Shown piece by piece: positions 36,234-44,110 of a stretch of DNA of 64,000 nt. The DNA comes from a virus. Position 1 is the stretch's first letter. Each line of letters starts with the position of its first letter. A model generated the notes under the pieces. It ran no database searches. It was not told the origin of the DNA and worked only from the letters and a program-made list of their open reading frames with translations. The DNA is taken from IMG/VR virus record IMGVR_UViG_3300012000_000002, positions 32,001-96,000 of that record; one strand, 5' to 3'. The position numbers were made by a program, and so were the translations under genes.

Positions 36234-37490
36234 CTAGAATATACCGATTGCGTACTTGGGTGGCATTGGTATAAACGCAAGTTGCTTAACTGCATTTTCT
36301 GCTTTAGACGCTTCACGTTCAGCGATTTTATCATACGTTAAGTTATCCAAGGTTTCTTTCAAGCTTGTCATAAGCTTTTCTTTGTCTTCTTTGCCTTGAG
36401 ATATTAGATCGTCACCGTTAAGAGAAAGGTCGGCACCGGGAATAGGCATCGATTTAAACTTGCTTCTGATACGTCCAAGTTGGATAGTGCATAGCGCAAG
36501 AGTCATTTGAGCAATCCAGTTTCTGCTCCACATGTTTAACGAATCGTAGTTTAATGGACCGAAAGGTGCGGTAAATGGTCCGTTAACACCATAGATTTTA
36601 TCTTCTTGATAAGCTCCAGAGCTACCCGATCCAACAGGAGAAAAGCTAGAACCACTATTGACTATGGTGTTAGCTAAAGTTGGAAAAGGTTGTCTGGTGA
36701 ATCTAACCCGAATCCAAACACGATTGTTATAGCCGGGAACAAGACTGTTTGGTGTTGGGTATATTCTTATACTGCGGCCAGAAATCTTGTAGCTATAATG
36801 TGATCTTCTTACTCTTTGAGCAGCTTCTAACATTCCTGCTCTTAATACGTCTTCAAACAATGGAAGAACGTAGAAACGTGTATCTGGAATGTAAGACTCT
36901 ACAGGAAGACCTGTTGCAACGAAGTTGCTAGCAAGGTTAGAGTTAAACACATATTGTACAGGTGCGTTGTGAAACACTTCAACAACTTGCATAGAACCAA
37001 CAGAACCACTTGGCTGCAAGTTCCATATAGGTGTTCCATTCTTGTCAACTAAATCAGTATATAAATCGTATTCTTGTTTGGTGTTTTGCATTGTAAGATA
37101 ACCAAGATAAGTTTGCTCGTCTTGGGCATAACCTACAACACCTGCATATGGAGCTGCAAGAGTTAACAAAAACTCTAAGTTTTGTTGCACGTACATATCT
37201 GTAACGTTTATGCTGGGAGTTCCGTTTGCGTCAATGCTTCCTGTTGGTGAACCAAGAAGGTTGGCAAGATTGGATATGTTTTGATATTCAATCATTTTGC
37301 CGTTGAATTCACGGGTTGCTTGCTCAAAGTTATCCCAGATTTGACGTTTGGTTAGCTCAACAGATAAAACGTCTTCACCAAGAAACCTTAAGACGAATGT
37401 AACCATATTGTCGGCGTCTTGCTGAAACAGTTGATATTTGTCGTAAAAACCAAAGCTTGTTGGTTTTAATGTTGTGTTGAACGTGCTCAT
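36234..37490 (-). CDS. Neck/head-tail adaptor (T4 gp13-like)
   Basis: LG..V.SVELT; W...TLA.C..QLG.IR.KF...P.PG..L.LNG..L...G. Confidence 0.7.
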   Translation of the reverse strand: MSTFNTTLKPTSFGFYDKYQLFQQDADNMVTFVLRFLGEDVLSVELTKRQIWDNFEQATREFNGKMIEYQNISNLANLLGSPTGSIDANGTPSINVTDMYVQQNLEFLLTLAAPYAGVVGYAQDEQTYLGYLTMQNTKQEYDLYTDLVDKNGTPIWNLQPSGSVGSMQVVEVFHNAPVQYVFNSNLASNFVATGLPVESYIPDTRFYVLPLFEDVLRAGMLEAAQRVRRSHYSYKISGRSIRIYPTPNSLVPGYNNRVWIRVRFTRQPFPTLANTIVNSGSSFSPVGSGSSGAYQEDKIYGVNGPFTAPFGPLNYDSLNMWSRNWIAQMTLALCTIQLGRIRSKFKSMPIPGADLSLNGDDLISQGKEDKEKLMTSLKETLDNLTYDKIAEREASKAENAVKQLAFIPMPPKYAIGIF

Positions 37491-37506
37491 ACTTATAATT
37501 ACAAAC
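37491..37506. promoter_or_regulatory. Bidirectional palindromic late-promoter candidate
   Basis: CAT-actta-TAATTA-caaac-ATG: the hexamer is 5 nt from each divergent start codon. Confidence 0.7.
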
Positions 37507-38037
37507 ATGAACGTAAGATTAATTAAGCCCGTAATAAAAGCGATACTTTTAGAAGCTTTAGCAAAAGCAAAAACTCTTTATGTGTTTGACTTCGATCATA
37601 CCATCGCAAAAACGTATGAAGAAAACATACGTTTGCCAAATGGTAGAATCGATTTACGTGCTTTTTCTAACTTAAGCGACGAAACAAAACCAAACGGTGA
37701 AATATTCGATATGTTTGCCGATAAAGTTGAAAGCGATCCTGATACAACATTTATTCTCACCGCTAGACCTATAGGAGTTAAAAACCCAATGATCGAATGG
37801 TTGAAAAGCCAAGGAGTTGATATCGATCCCGCAAAGATCGTATGTCTTGGAGATGGTGCCGCAGGTAAAAAACGAGATTGGATCAAAGAAAAAATTTTGA
37901 AAACCAAAGCAAAAAAAGTTATGTTTTGGGATGATAGAGAAAGAAATACAAAAGCAGTTGACAGCTTAAACGATAAAGAAAAGCATCCAGAATTGGAAGG
38001 CGTTAAAGTCAAAACAACAACGGTGGTAAAGTCATGA
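37507..38037 (+). CDS. HAD-family phosphatase (Pnk 3'-phosphatase-like)
   Basis: YVFDFDHT; ILTAR; K; FWDDR..N. Confidence 0.8.
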   Translation: MNVRLIKPVIKAILLEALAKAKTLYVFDFDHTIAKTYEENIRLPNGRIDLRAFSNLSDETKPNGEIFDMFADKVESDPDTTFILTARPIGVKNPMIEWLKSQGVDIDPAKIVCLGDGAAGKKRDWIKEKILKTKAKKVMFWDDRERNTKAVDSLNDKEKHPELEGVKVKTTTVVKS

Positions 38038-38708
38038 ACAAAAACTTAAAACAAATCATTAAAGCGGTTATCTTAGAAGTTCATGAAGAAGAGTTTTTAA
38101 AACTTGGAGTGCCTTCTGAAAAAACTGGATTGAAAACTCTTCGTGTGTTTGATTTCGATGACACTCTTGCTAAAACCAATTCAAAAGTTGGTGTAACTGA
38201 ATTCGATAAAGAAACTGGCAGGCAAATCAAATCAGAATATATGATTACTCCCGCCGAATATGCAACGTTTAAAGTAGATGTAGCAGAAAAGAATCCTGAC
38301 ATTGAATACGCATACGATTATCGTGAATTCGCAGAAGTTAAAGATCCAAAAATAATTGATTGGACTTTTGAAGTTTTAAACAAGATTGTTCGAAAGTTAA
38401 GAGCTAGCGAAAACATTCCCGCCGTTATTCTAACAGCAAGAGGTCATGGCGCAAACAAAAACATTCGTGAGTTCTTAAGAGAAATGGATATCAACATTCC
38501 TGTTAAAACCCTTAATGGCTCTGCTCCAGAACTAAAAAGCGAATGGATCAAACAAACAATGCTTGATCGCAACATTCCTCATATTGAGTTCTTTGACGAT
38601 AGCAGACTTAATGTTGCTGCTGTTAAACAACTAAACGATGATTTAGAGCTGTTGGCAAAGTTTAAACAAGACCTAAAAGTTCGTTCTCGTCTTGTGCAAG
38701 CAGAATGA
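38034..38708 (+). CDS. HAD-family phosphatase (paralog 2)
   Basis: RVFDFDDTL; ILTAR; K; FFDDS..N; ATGA overlap. Confidence 0.8.
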   Translation: MNKNLKQIIKAVILEVHEEEFLKLGVPSEKTGLKTLRVFDFDDTLAKTNSKVGVTEFDKETGRQIKSEYMITPAEYATFKVDVAEKNPDIEYAYDYREFAEVKDPKIIDWTFEVLNKIVRKLRASENIPAVILTARGHGANKNIREFLREMDINIPVKTLNGSAPELKSEWIKQTMLDRNIPHIEFFDDSRLNVAAVKQLNDDLELLAKFKQDLKVRSRLVQAE

Positions 38709-38711
38709 AAA

Positions 38712-38739
38712 AAACTCTTGATGGAAACATCAAGAGTTT
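38712..38739. terminator. Terminator between convergent genes
   Basis: AAACTCTTGATG-GAAA-CATCAAGAGTTT. Confidence 0.8.
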
Positions 38740-38771
38740 ATAAAAACAAGCTGCATACTTGGAAAAAAGTA

Positions 38772-39089
38772 TCAGCGACGGGATGAGCGACCTTTGCGGT
38801 AACCGGCACGATAAGCTGCTGCTACTGCTTCTTTTAAAGATTCGGAATAACCAGAAAGTTCAATGCTTGATGGGCCTTCGCCACGTTCTTCTCTACTTTT
38901 GTAGGTATATTCTTGATCACGTTGTCTGCGGCGTTGATCTTCGTAGCTTTCTTTTTCGCCTGAATCCCATGAGTCGCCGTGACGATTTCCACCTTCACCG
39001 CCTCTTGAATAGCTTCCAAATTGTTCATCCATAGCTTCTTCAGAAGCTTCACGAATTAATGCTTTTAGTTGCTTAACTGTAATTCTCAT
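38772..39089 (-). CDS. Small putative internal head protein (paralog A)
   Basis: MRITVKQLKALIREASEEAMDE ... EAVAAAYRAGYRKGRSSRR. Confidence 0.7.
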   Translation of the reverse strand: MRITVKQLKALIREASEEAMDEQFGSYSRGGEGGNRHGDSWDSGEKESYEDQRRRQRDQEYTYKSREERGEGPSSIELSGYSESLKEAVAAAYRAGYRKGRSSRR

Positions 39090-39103
39090 AACAATATCTC
39101 CAA

Positions 39104-39319
39104 TCAGCGACGGGTGGCACGGCCACGACGATAACCTGCACGGAAAGCTTTGGCAACTGCTTCTTGAAGGGCTTCTTCCATGCCAGCACCTTCGTCTTTG
39201 CCATGATCCATAGCTTCGTCCATATCTTTACCTTCGTCTTCTTGCTTCTTCATTTCGTCCATAGCTTCTTCTGTAGCTTCACGGATCAATGCTTTTAGTT
39301 GTCTAACTGTAACTCTCAT
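39104..39319 (-). CDS. Small putative internal head protein (paralog B)
   Basis: MRVTVRQLKALIREATEEAMDE ... EAVAKAFRAGYRRGRATRR; AAGGAG SD. Confidence 0.7.
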   Translation of the reverse strand: MRVTVRQLKALIREATEEAMDEMKKQEDEGKDMDEAMDHGKDEGAGMEEALQEAVAKAFRAGYRRGRATRR

Positions 39320-39361
39320 GATAAAACTCCTTTGGCAGATATAATAGCCATACTTAATTAT

Positions 39362-39589
39362 TCACGCTTTTTCTTTTTGTTTTTTTAAACCCATATTTTT
39401 CATGATCTTGGTGGCCGTACCATATATTGCTGCTTCGTTGTCACCATAACGGGGTTTAAGTTCTTTTTTGATAATCTTTTCTACTTCTGCTGGGAAGTGT
39501 ATTTTGCCCTTACGTTTCTTTTTACGTTTTTCTAAAAGAACTTCTTGAATAATCAAACTTATAAGTTCTTCTAAGATTACTTCCTTCAT
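39362..39589 (-). CDS. Small basic hypothetical protein
   Basis: LIIQEVLLEK leader followed by KRKKKRK; GGAGG SD. Confidence 0.65.
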   Translation of the reverse strand: MKEVILEELISLIIQEVLLEKRKKKRKGKIHFPAEVEKIIKKELKPRYGDNEAAIYGTATKIMKNMGLKKQKEKA

Positions 39590-39604
39590 ACTGGTTATCC
39601 TCCA

Positions 39605-40141
39605 CTATGAAGTAAATAGTAGCACAATTTCAGAGATGTTATTTTGTACAAGAGATATATTAGGCAAAGCTTCACGAAGTTTTACACGATTGCCTTCGGC
39701 AAGATATGTGCGTGTATCTGTTCCAGAAATACGCTTTACACCTTTGCCAGCTTTCACAGGAGAAAGAATCTCAACACGAATCTTGTTGTTTTTCACAAGA
39801 ATCGGAAAGTTCTTTTTCAATGCTTCGGGACGATACCTGTCTTTAGCATCCTCAACACCAGCAAACAAATATACTTCGTTATTCCTATCCAACGTTTCAA
39901 TCATTGAATACATCTCACCTACAGGTGATCCGTTAATGTAATGAAAAACAACGTTAGGCAACGTAGGAGCAACATACTTCTCAACATATTGCTTGCACGC
40001 CAATCCACTTAGCTCTCCTCGATTTTTTACACTCATAAGCACATGAAGTTCATCCACACACTCACACATAGAAACAATTGATTGATAATGCCCACGATGA
40101 AGTGGCTTAAAACTACCGGGAAAAAATCCAATCTTATTCAT
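39605..40141 (-). CDS. HxGH nucleotidyltransferase (cytidylyltransferase-like superfamily)
   Basis: FFPGSFKPLHRGH; ISGT.TR. Confidence 0.85.
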   Translation of the reverse strand: MNKIGFFPGSFKPLHRGHYQSIVSMCECVDELHVLMSVKNRGELSGLACKQYVEKYVAPTLPNVVFHYINGSPVGEMYSMIETLDRNNEVYLFAGVEDAKDRYRPEALKKNFPILVKNNKIRVEILSPVKAGKGVKRISGTDTRTYLAEGNRVKLREALPNISLVQNNISEIVLLFTS

Positions 40142-40147
40142 ATTTCT

Positions 40148-40213
40148 ACAATATCAAACAAAAAAGAATAAGTCAAAGAATATCTTTAGAAATATATTTG
40201 AGTTTGTTACACT
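40148..40213. promoter_or_regulatory. Back-to-back sigma70-type promoters
   Basis: Minus: TTGACT (40171-40176)-17-TGaTATTGT, 6 nt to the ATG. Plus: TTTAGA (40185-40190)-17-TGtTACACT. Confidence 0.7.
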
Positions 40214-40235
40214 GGGGCAAAGGCAGGAAAAGTAA

Positions 40236-41261
40236 ATGGGTGGAGCAGCAGGACATATGAAGCATCCGTTTGACATTGTTGCAAACGGAAACGAACTACA
40301 TAACTTGTTCATGCGTGCGTATACGCATATCAATAACAACAACAACGCTTGTGTTAAAATCGATGGATTGAATATTAGCGTAAAGCTCGTAAACGGCTCT
40401 ACAAGGCACGGAAAGCAGTTTGCCATAGATCGGGGTAGCGCAAAAGAACTTGACGTTCTAGGCGTCACCAAAAACGATCTCAAGGCACGATTTGGCGAAC
40501 ATCATGGTATGATGACCAAAGGTGGTGTTGTGCTTGATATCTTGAACCAAGCTATTCCTAATATCAAAAACGAACTTAAGTTGCTTGGTATGTGGGATAA
40601 CAATAATCTTGTTTTGAATATGGAATATGTTGAAGGCAAAAGCAACGTTCAAGATTACGGTTGCAACTTTTTGGCTGTACATGGTTTGTTGGGTATGAAG
40701 TTTGTTACTAACAAGCGTAGAGCAAGTTATGAAGTTGACTATGCGGCTGTTACCATGCGATCATTGATTGATAAGCTTAACACTGTTTCAAGCAACTTTG
40801 GTTTCAAGGTAGTTGGTTCCATTGGTGTTGAAAACGTTAACAAGCCTAACTTTGATGTTGAGCTTAACAAGCATTATACCGTTTGTTACAACAAGAACAA
40901 CAAGGTAACAAAGACTTTGCGTGATTGGTTGTATGGTGTAACATATGTTCCACACAACGTTAAGATCAATCTCAAGAATGGTAGAAAAGTTGATGCTTTG
41001 AGCAAAGAAGTTTTTGTAAGCATCCTTGAAGGCATTAACTTGCATGAATATATGCAAGATGATTGTACTGATGCTGTTAATGGTTTTGTTTGTTATCTTG
41101 CCACAATGAAGCTTGGTGAAGCATTTCTACAATCTTATACTTCTGAACTTGGAAACGTTAGCGAGCAAGAAGGTTTGGTTGTAAGAAATATGTTCAACGA
41201 ACCGTTTAAGATTACTGGAAGCTTTATCCTACGAGGTATGAATAGCTGTTTCCAGAAGTAA
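40236..41261 (+). CDS. KxDG covalent nucleotidyltransferase (ATP-dependent ligase-like)
   Basis: GGAAGHMKHPFD; motif I VKIDG; III LNMEY; IV EGLVVR; V PFKITG. Confidence 0.6.
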   Translation: MGGAAGHMKHPFDIVANGNELHNLFMRAYTHINNNNNACVKIDGLNISVKLVNGSTRHGKQFAIDRGSAKELDVLGVTKNDLKARFGEHHGMMTKGGVVLDILNQAIPNIKNELKLLGMWDNNNLVLNMEYVEGKSNVQDYGCNFLAVHGLLGMKFVTNKRRASYEVDYAAVTMRSLIDKLNTVSSNFGFKVVGSIGVENVNKPNFDVELNKHYTVCYNKNNKVTKTLRDWLYGVTYVPHNVKINLKNGRKVDALSKEVFVSILEGINLHEYMQDDCTDAVNGFVCYLATMKLGEAFLQSYTSELGNVSEQEGLVVRNMFNEPFKITGSFILRGMNSCFQK

Positions 41262-41307
41262 ACAACATAACACCATATATATAAACTACTCACAAGGAGA
41301 ATATCTT

Positions 41308-41622
41308 ATGAAAGCTGTATTAAATGGTGAATATTCTGGGTCTGGTGGAAAACAACATATTTCTATCAAAGGTGATTTAAGCGTTGAAGGATTGAATGTA
41401 GAAGCTTTGCTAGGTAGAATTGCACAACTTGAAGCTCACGTTGTAAAGCTTGAAGAAATTGTTTCAAGACTTCAAGAGCAAAGCATTCGTTCTTCTACAA
41501 AAGAACTAGCTAAAGCTTTGGAAGAAGTAAAAGTCGAAGAAGCCGTTTCTGAACCAGTTGTAGCTCCAGTACAAGAAGAAGTTAAGCCAGTAGCTTCAAC
41601 CAGCAAAAAGAAATCAGCATAA
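41308..41622 (+). CDS. Hypothetical coiled-coil protein
   Basis: AAGGAG SD; TATATA upstream. Confidence 0.65.
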   Translation: MKAVLNGEYSGSGGKQHISIKGDLSVEGLNVEALLGRIAQLEAHVVKLEEIVSRLQEQSIRSSTKELAKALEEVKVEEAVSEPVVAPVQEEVKPVASTSKKKSA

Positions 41623-41628
41623 TTGCAA

Positions 41629-42000
41629 TTATTTATTCATTGGGATGCCTTGGGGACATTTCTCCAAGGCATCTTGCTTTTTAGTTAAAGCATTTAACGC
41701 ATCTTGCACAACGTTTGGATTTTCTTTTTTCCAACTACCAAGATGACCAACGTTTAAATGACATTGATATTCTTTGTTTTCACAAAGAGTTATAAGGTTT
41801 GAATTCTCTAATTCAAGTTCTGGATAAAGATGAAATGGTTTGATGTGATGAACTTGAAGTTGTTGTTCACAACCACAAGCCGCACACACTGGAAACGATT
41901 TTAAATGCCTTTTGCGGACAGTTTCCCAACGAGGTGAACGTAGCTTTAATGGTTTACCTTTAACAGCCTCTGTTAAGGCTTTAAACAGTCTTTTAATCAT
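41629..42000 (-). CDS. HNH endonuclease
   Basis: CAACG....QVHHIKPF....N..TLC....CH...GH. Confidence 0.85.
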   Translation of the reverse strand: MIKRLFKALTEAVKGKPLKLRSPRWETVRKRHLKSFPVCAACGCEQQLQVHHIKPFHLYPELELENSNLITLCENKEYQCHLNVGHLGSWKKENPNVVQDALNALTKKQDALEKCPQGIPMNK

Positions 42001-42025
42001 CTGGATATAACTCCAGATGTAAATA
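41998..42025 (-). promoter_or_regulatory. AUG-occluding hairpin abutting a late-promoter motif
   Basis: CATCTGGA (41998-42005)/TCCAGATG (42012-42019); TATTTA at 42020-42025. Confidence 0.6.
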
Positions 42026-42036
42026 GTATAAAAGCA

Positions 42037-42066
42037 GAAAGGCTGCCTTTTTAGGGGCAGCCTTTC
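42037..42066 (-). terminator. Terminator after the major capsid gene
   Basis: GAAAGGCTGCC/GGCAGCCTTTC stem followed by CTTTT. Confidence 0.75.
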
Positions 42067-42095
42067 CTAACCTTTTATAAGGTCTTTTGTGTCTA

Positions 42096-44048
42096 TCAGA
42101 TGATGGACATATCGAGGCAGGTCACGGTGGCGTAGAAGTCTGCACGAACCATCTTCTTCCCGTAGCGGGTCATGATGCCCTTACGTGGGGTGAAGTCCTC
42201 TTGTCCGTAGATTACGGGGGTGAGGATAAGTGGAACGTATGGAGCGTAGATATAGCCGCTTTCAAGGAAGCTTGAACCCTTAAGACCGATAAGGATCTTG
42301 TTTACTGGGAAGTATGGGTCAACGAATACTGAGTAGCGACCGTTTACTGTACCGACTGCTTCTGCACCAATGCTCATGTTGTCACGAACTTGGCCGTCTG
42401 AGTCGATTTTGTAGTTGGCACGGTAAGCAACTGTTGCTTCAAGGATTGTGCCCACTTCTGGTGAGCAGACGATGAAGTTACCTGAGCCACGGAGGGTCTT
42501 CTTGTGGATGACGTTGGCTGCGTCTGTGATGGTTTCGATAAGTGTTTCGTACCATTCACGGACTGTGCCGGTGAATTGTGGACCGGGGTAAACGGTGTTG
42601 GTACGAGCAACTTCGGTGCCTGTGTATTTGTTGACGAAGCGACCGGGGGCACGGCTCCAGTAGTAGTTAGCTGCTTGAGCTTGTGTGAGGAGGTCGTTGA
42701 GAATTTCACGGTCGATATCCAATGTGATCATTTCAGAAAGGATATTTGTGAGATTTGCTTCTACGTCGATTGAGTAGAATGCTGTAAGGTCTTGAGCCAG
42801 TTCTGGTGACCAGCGAGCACGTAGCTTGCGGGTTGTGGCTGTTACAGCTACTGAATCGATTTTGATGTCAACGTCTGGGATGCGTGGTGATGCATCAACA
42901 GCGAAGTTTGATTCAAAGCTTGGAATTGTCAATGTTGAACCATCAGCATTGACTGAGAGGGAGTCAGCAATTGGAATAGAAGCTGTGATTTGTGTTGATG
43001 CGTTGCCAAGATAAACGGAGCTAACGCTTTGTGCGTTTGCAAGACCGAGAGCAACAAGGATGTGTGAACCGCCGAATGGATCTGGTGTGAATGTTGAGCT
43101 TGTGCCAGCATCGGTCCAGTTACCACGCTTGGTGAAGCGACGGAAGTTAAGAACGCCTTCGCCTGCTTGGTAGGTTAGTGGAGGTGCTGTGAAGCTTGAG
43201 CCTGACAAACCAAGACCAACAACTGCGAGTTGTTCAAGTGATGTAAGGTCTGCACCATTGATTGCGTTTGTTACTTGTGAAGCTGAGAACACCAAGAAGG
43301 TATAGTCGAGCACATTGCTTTCAACGTCTGCTGCAAGAAGTGGATCATAATCAGTGAAGCGTGCGTTGTAACCAACGTTTGCTGATGCTGAAGCAACTGA
43401 TGATTGTGATAGCCATGTTGTGCCTTGATACCATGTACCGAGAGCAACTACGCCTGTTGCAAGTTTGGATTCTGAGTGAACCTTTGAGTAACCAGAACCG
43501 ATAAGGTTGTATTGACCACCGGCAGCGAGTGAACCGCTGGTACGGATCAATGAACCGGATGGGTTGGTGTATACTGATTGACCACGGGCATATGTTGCTG
43601 CGCCGGGATCGGTACCAGTTGCAAATTGGTTAGCTGCTGTACCTGCATCACCACCGACGTATGAGCCGTAGGTGTAATCTAAGTAGAAGAGTAGACCTGA
43701 TGGAAGGCTCATTGGTTGAACGCTGACGATTTCGTTAGCAACGAGGCCAGCGAACACACGACGAACGATTGGGAATGCTACGTTTGTAAACCCAGCAACT
43801 TGTCCAGAGGATGCAAGTGATGCACCACCTGTTGAAAGTGAAAGGCTTTCATTGAGCATTGATGAGCCGCCCTTAAGAACTTCTACTGCTTGGTTTTCAA
43901 GGAGGCGAGCCATCTTTTGCTTGCCAGTATCTGAAAGACCTTCTAGAAGACCTGTGCGTGACCACTTGCCTACAATGCGGTCATCGCCATTTGCTGCGGT
44001 ACGTTGAATACCTTCAGCTAGTTGTGAGAGTGTTAGTGTACGTGACAT
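42096..44048 (-). CDS. Major capsid protein (T4 gp23-like)
   Basis: KW..TGLLEG; LLENQ; FP.VRRVF..L.A.EIVSVQPM..PSGL.FYLD; V.A.TRKLRA.WSPE.AQDL; E.....EIDREI; YAPYVPL; G.MTRY. Confidence 0.95.
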   Translation of the reverse strand: MSRTLTLSQLAEGIQRTAANGDDRIVGKWSRTGLLEGLSDTGKQKMARLLENQAVEVLKGGSSMLNESLSLSTGGASLASSGQVAGFTNVAFPIVRRVFAGLVANEIVSVQPMSLPSGLLFYLDYTYGSYVGGDAGTAANQFATGTDPGAATYARGQSVYTNPSGSLIRTSGSLAAGGQYNLIGSGYSKVHSESKLATGVVALGTWYQGTTWLSQSSVASASANVGYNARFTDYDPLLAADVESNVLDYTFLVFSASQVTNAINGADLTSLEQLAVVGLGLSGSSFTAPPLTYQAGEGVLNFRRFTKRGNWTDAGTSSTFTPDPFGGSHILVALGLANAQSVSSVYLGNASTQITASIPIADSLSVNADGSTLTIPSFESNFAVDASPRIPDVDIKIDSVAVTATTRKLRARWSPELAQDLTAFYSIDVEANLTNILSEMITLDIDREILNDLLTQAQAANYYWSRAPGRFVNKYTGTEVARTNTVYPGPQFTGTVREWYETLIETITDAANVIHKKTLRGSGNFIVCSPEVGTILEATVAYRANYKIDSDGQVRDNMSIGAEAVGTVNGRYSVFVDPYFPVNKILIGLKGSSFLESGYIYAPYVPLILTPVIYGQEDFTPRKGIMTRYGKKMVRADFYATVTCLDMSII

Positions 44049-44110
44049 TTTATTAATCTCCTTATTACTTTGTTTTTACCTTAATTGGTAACTTATCTCT
44101 AACTATGCGC

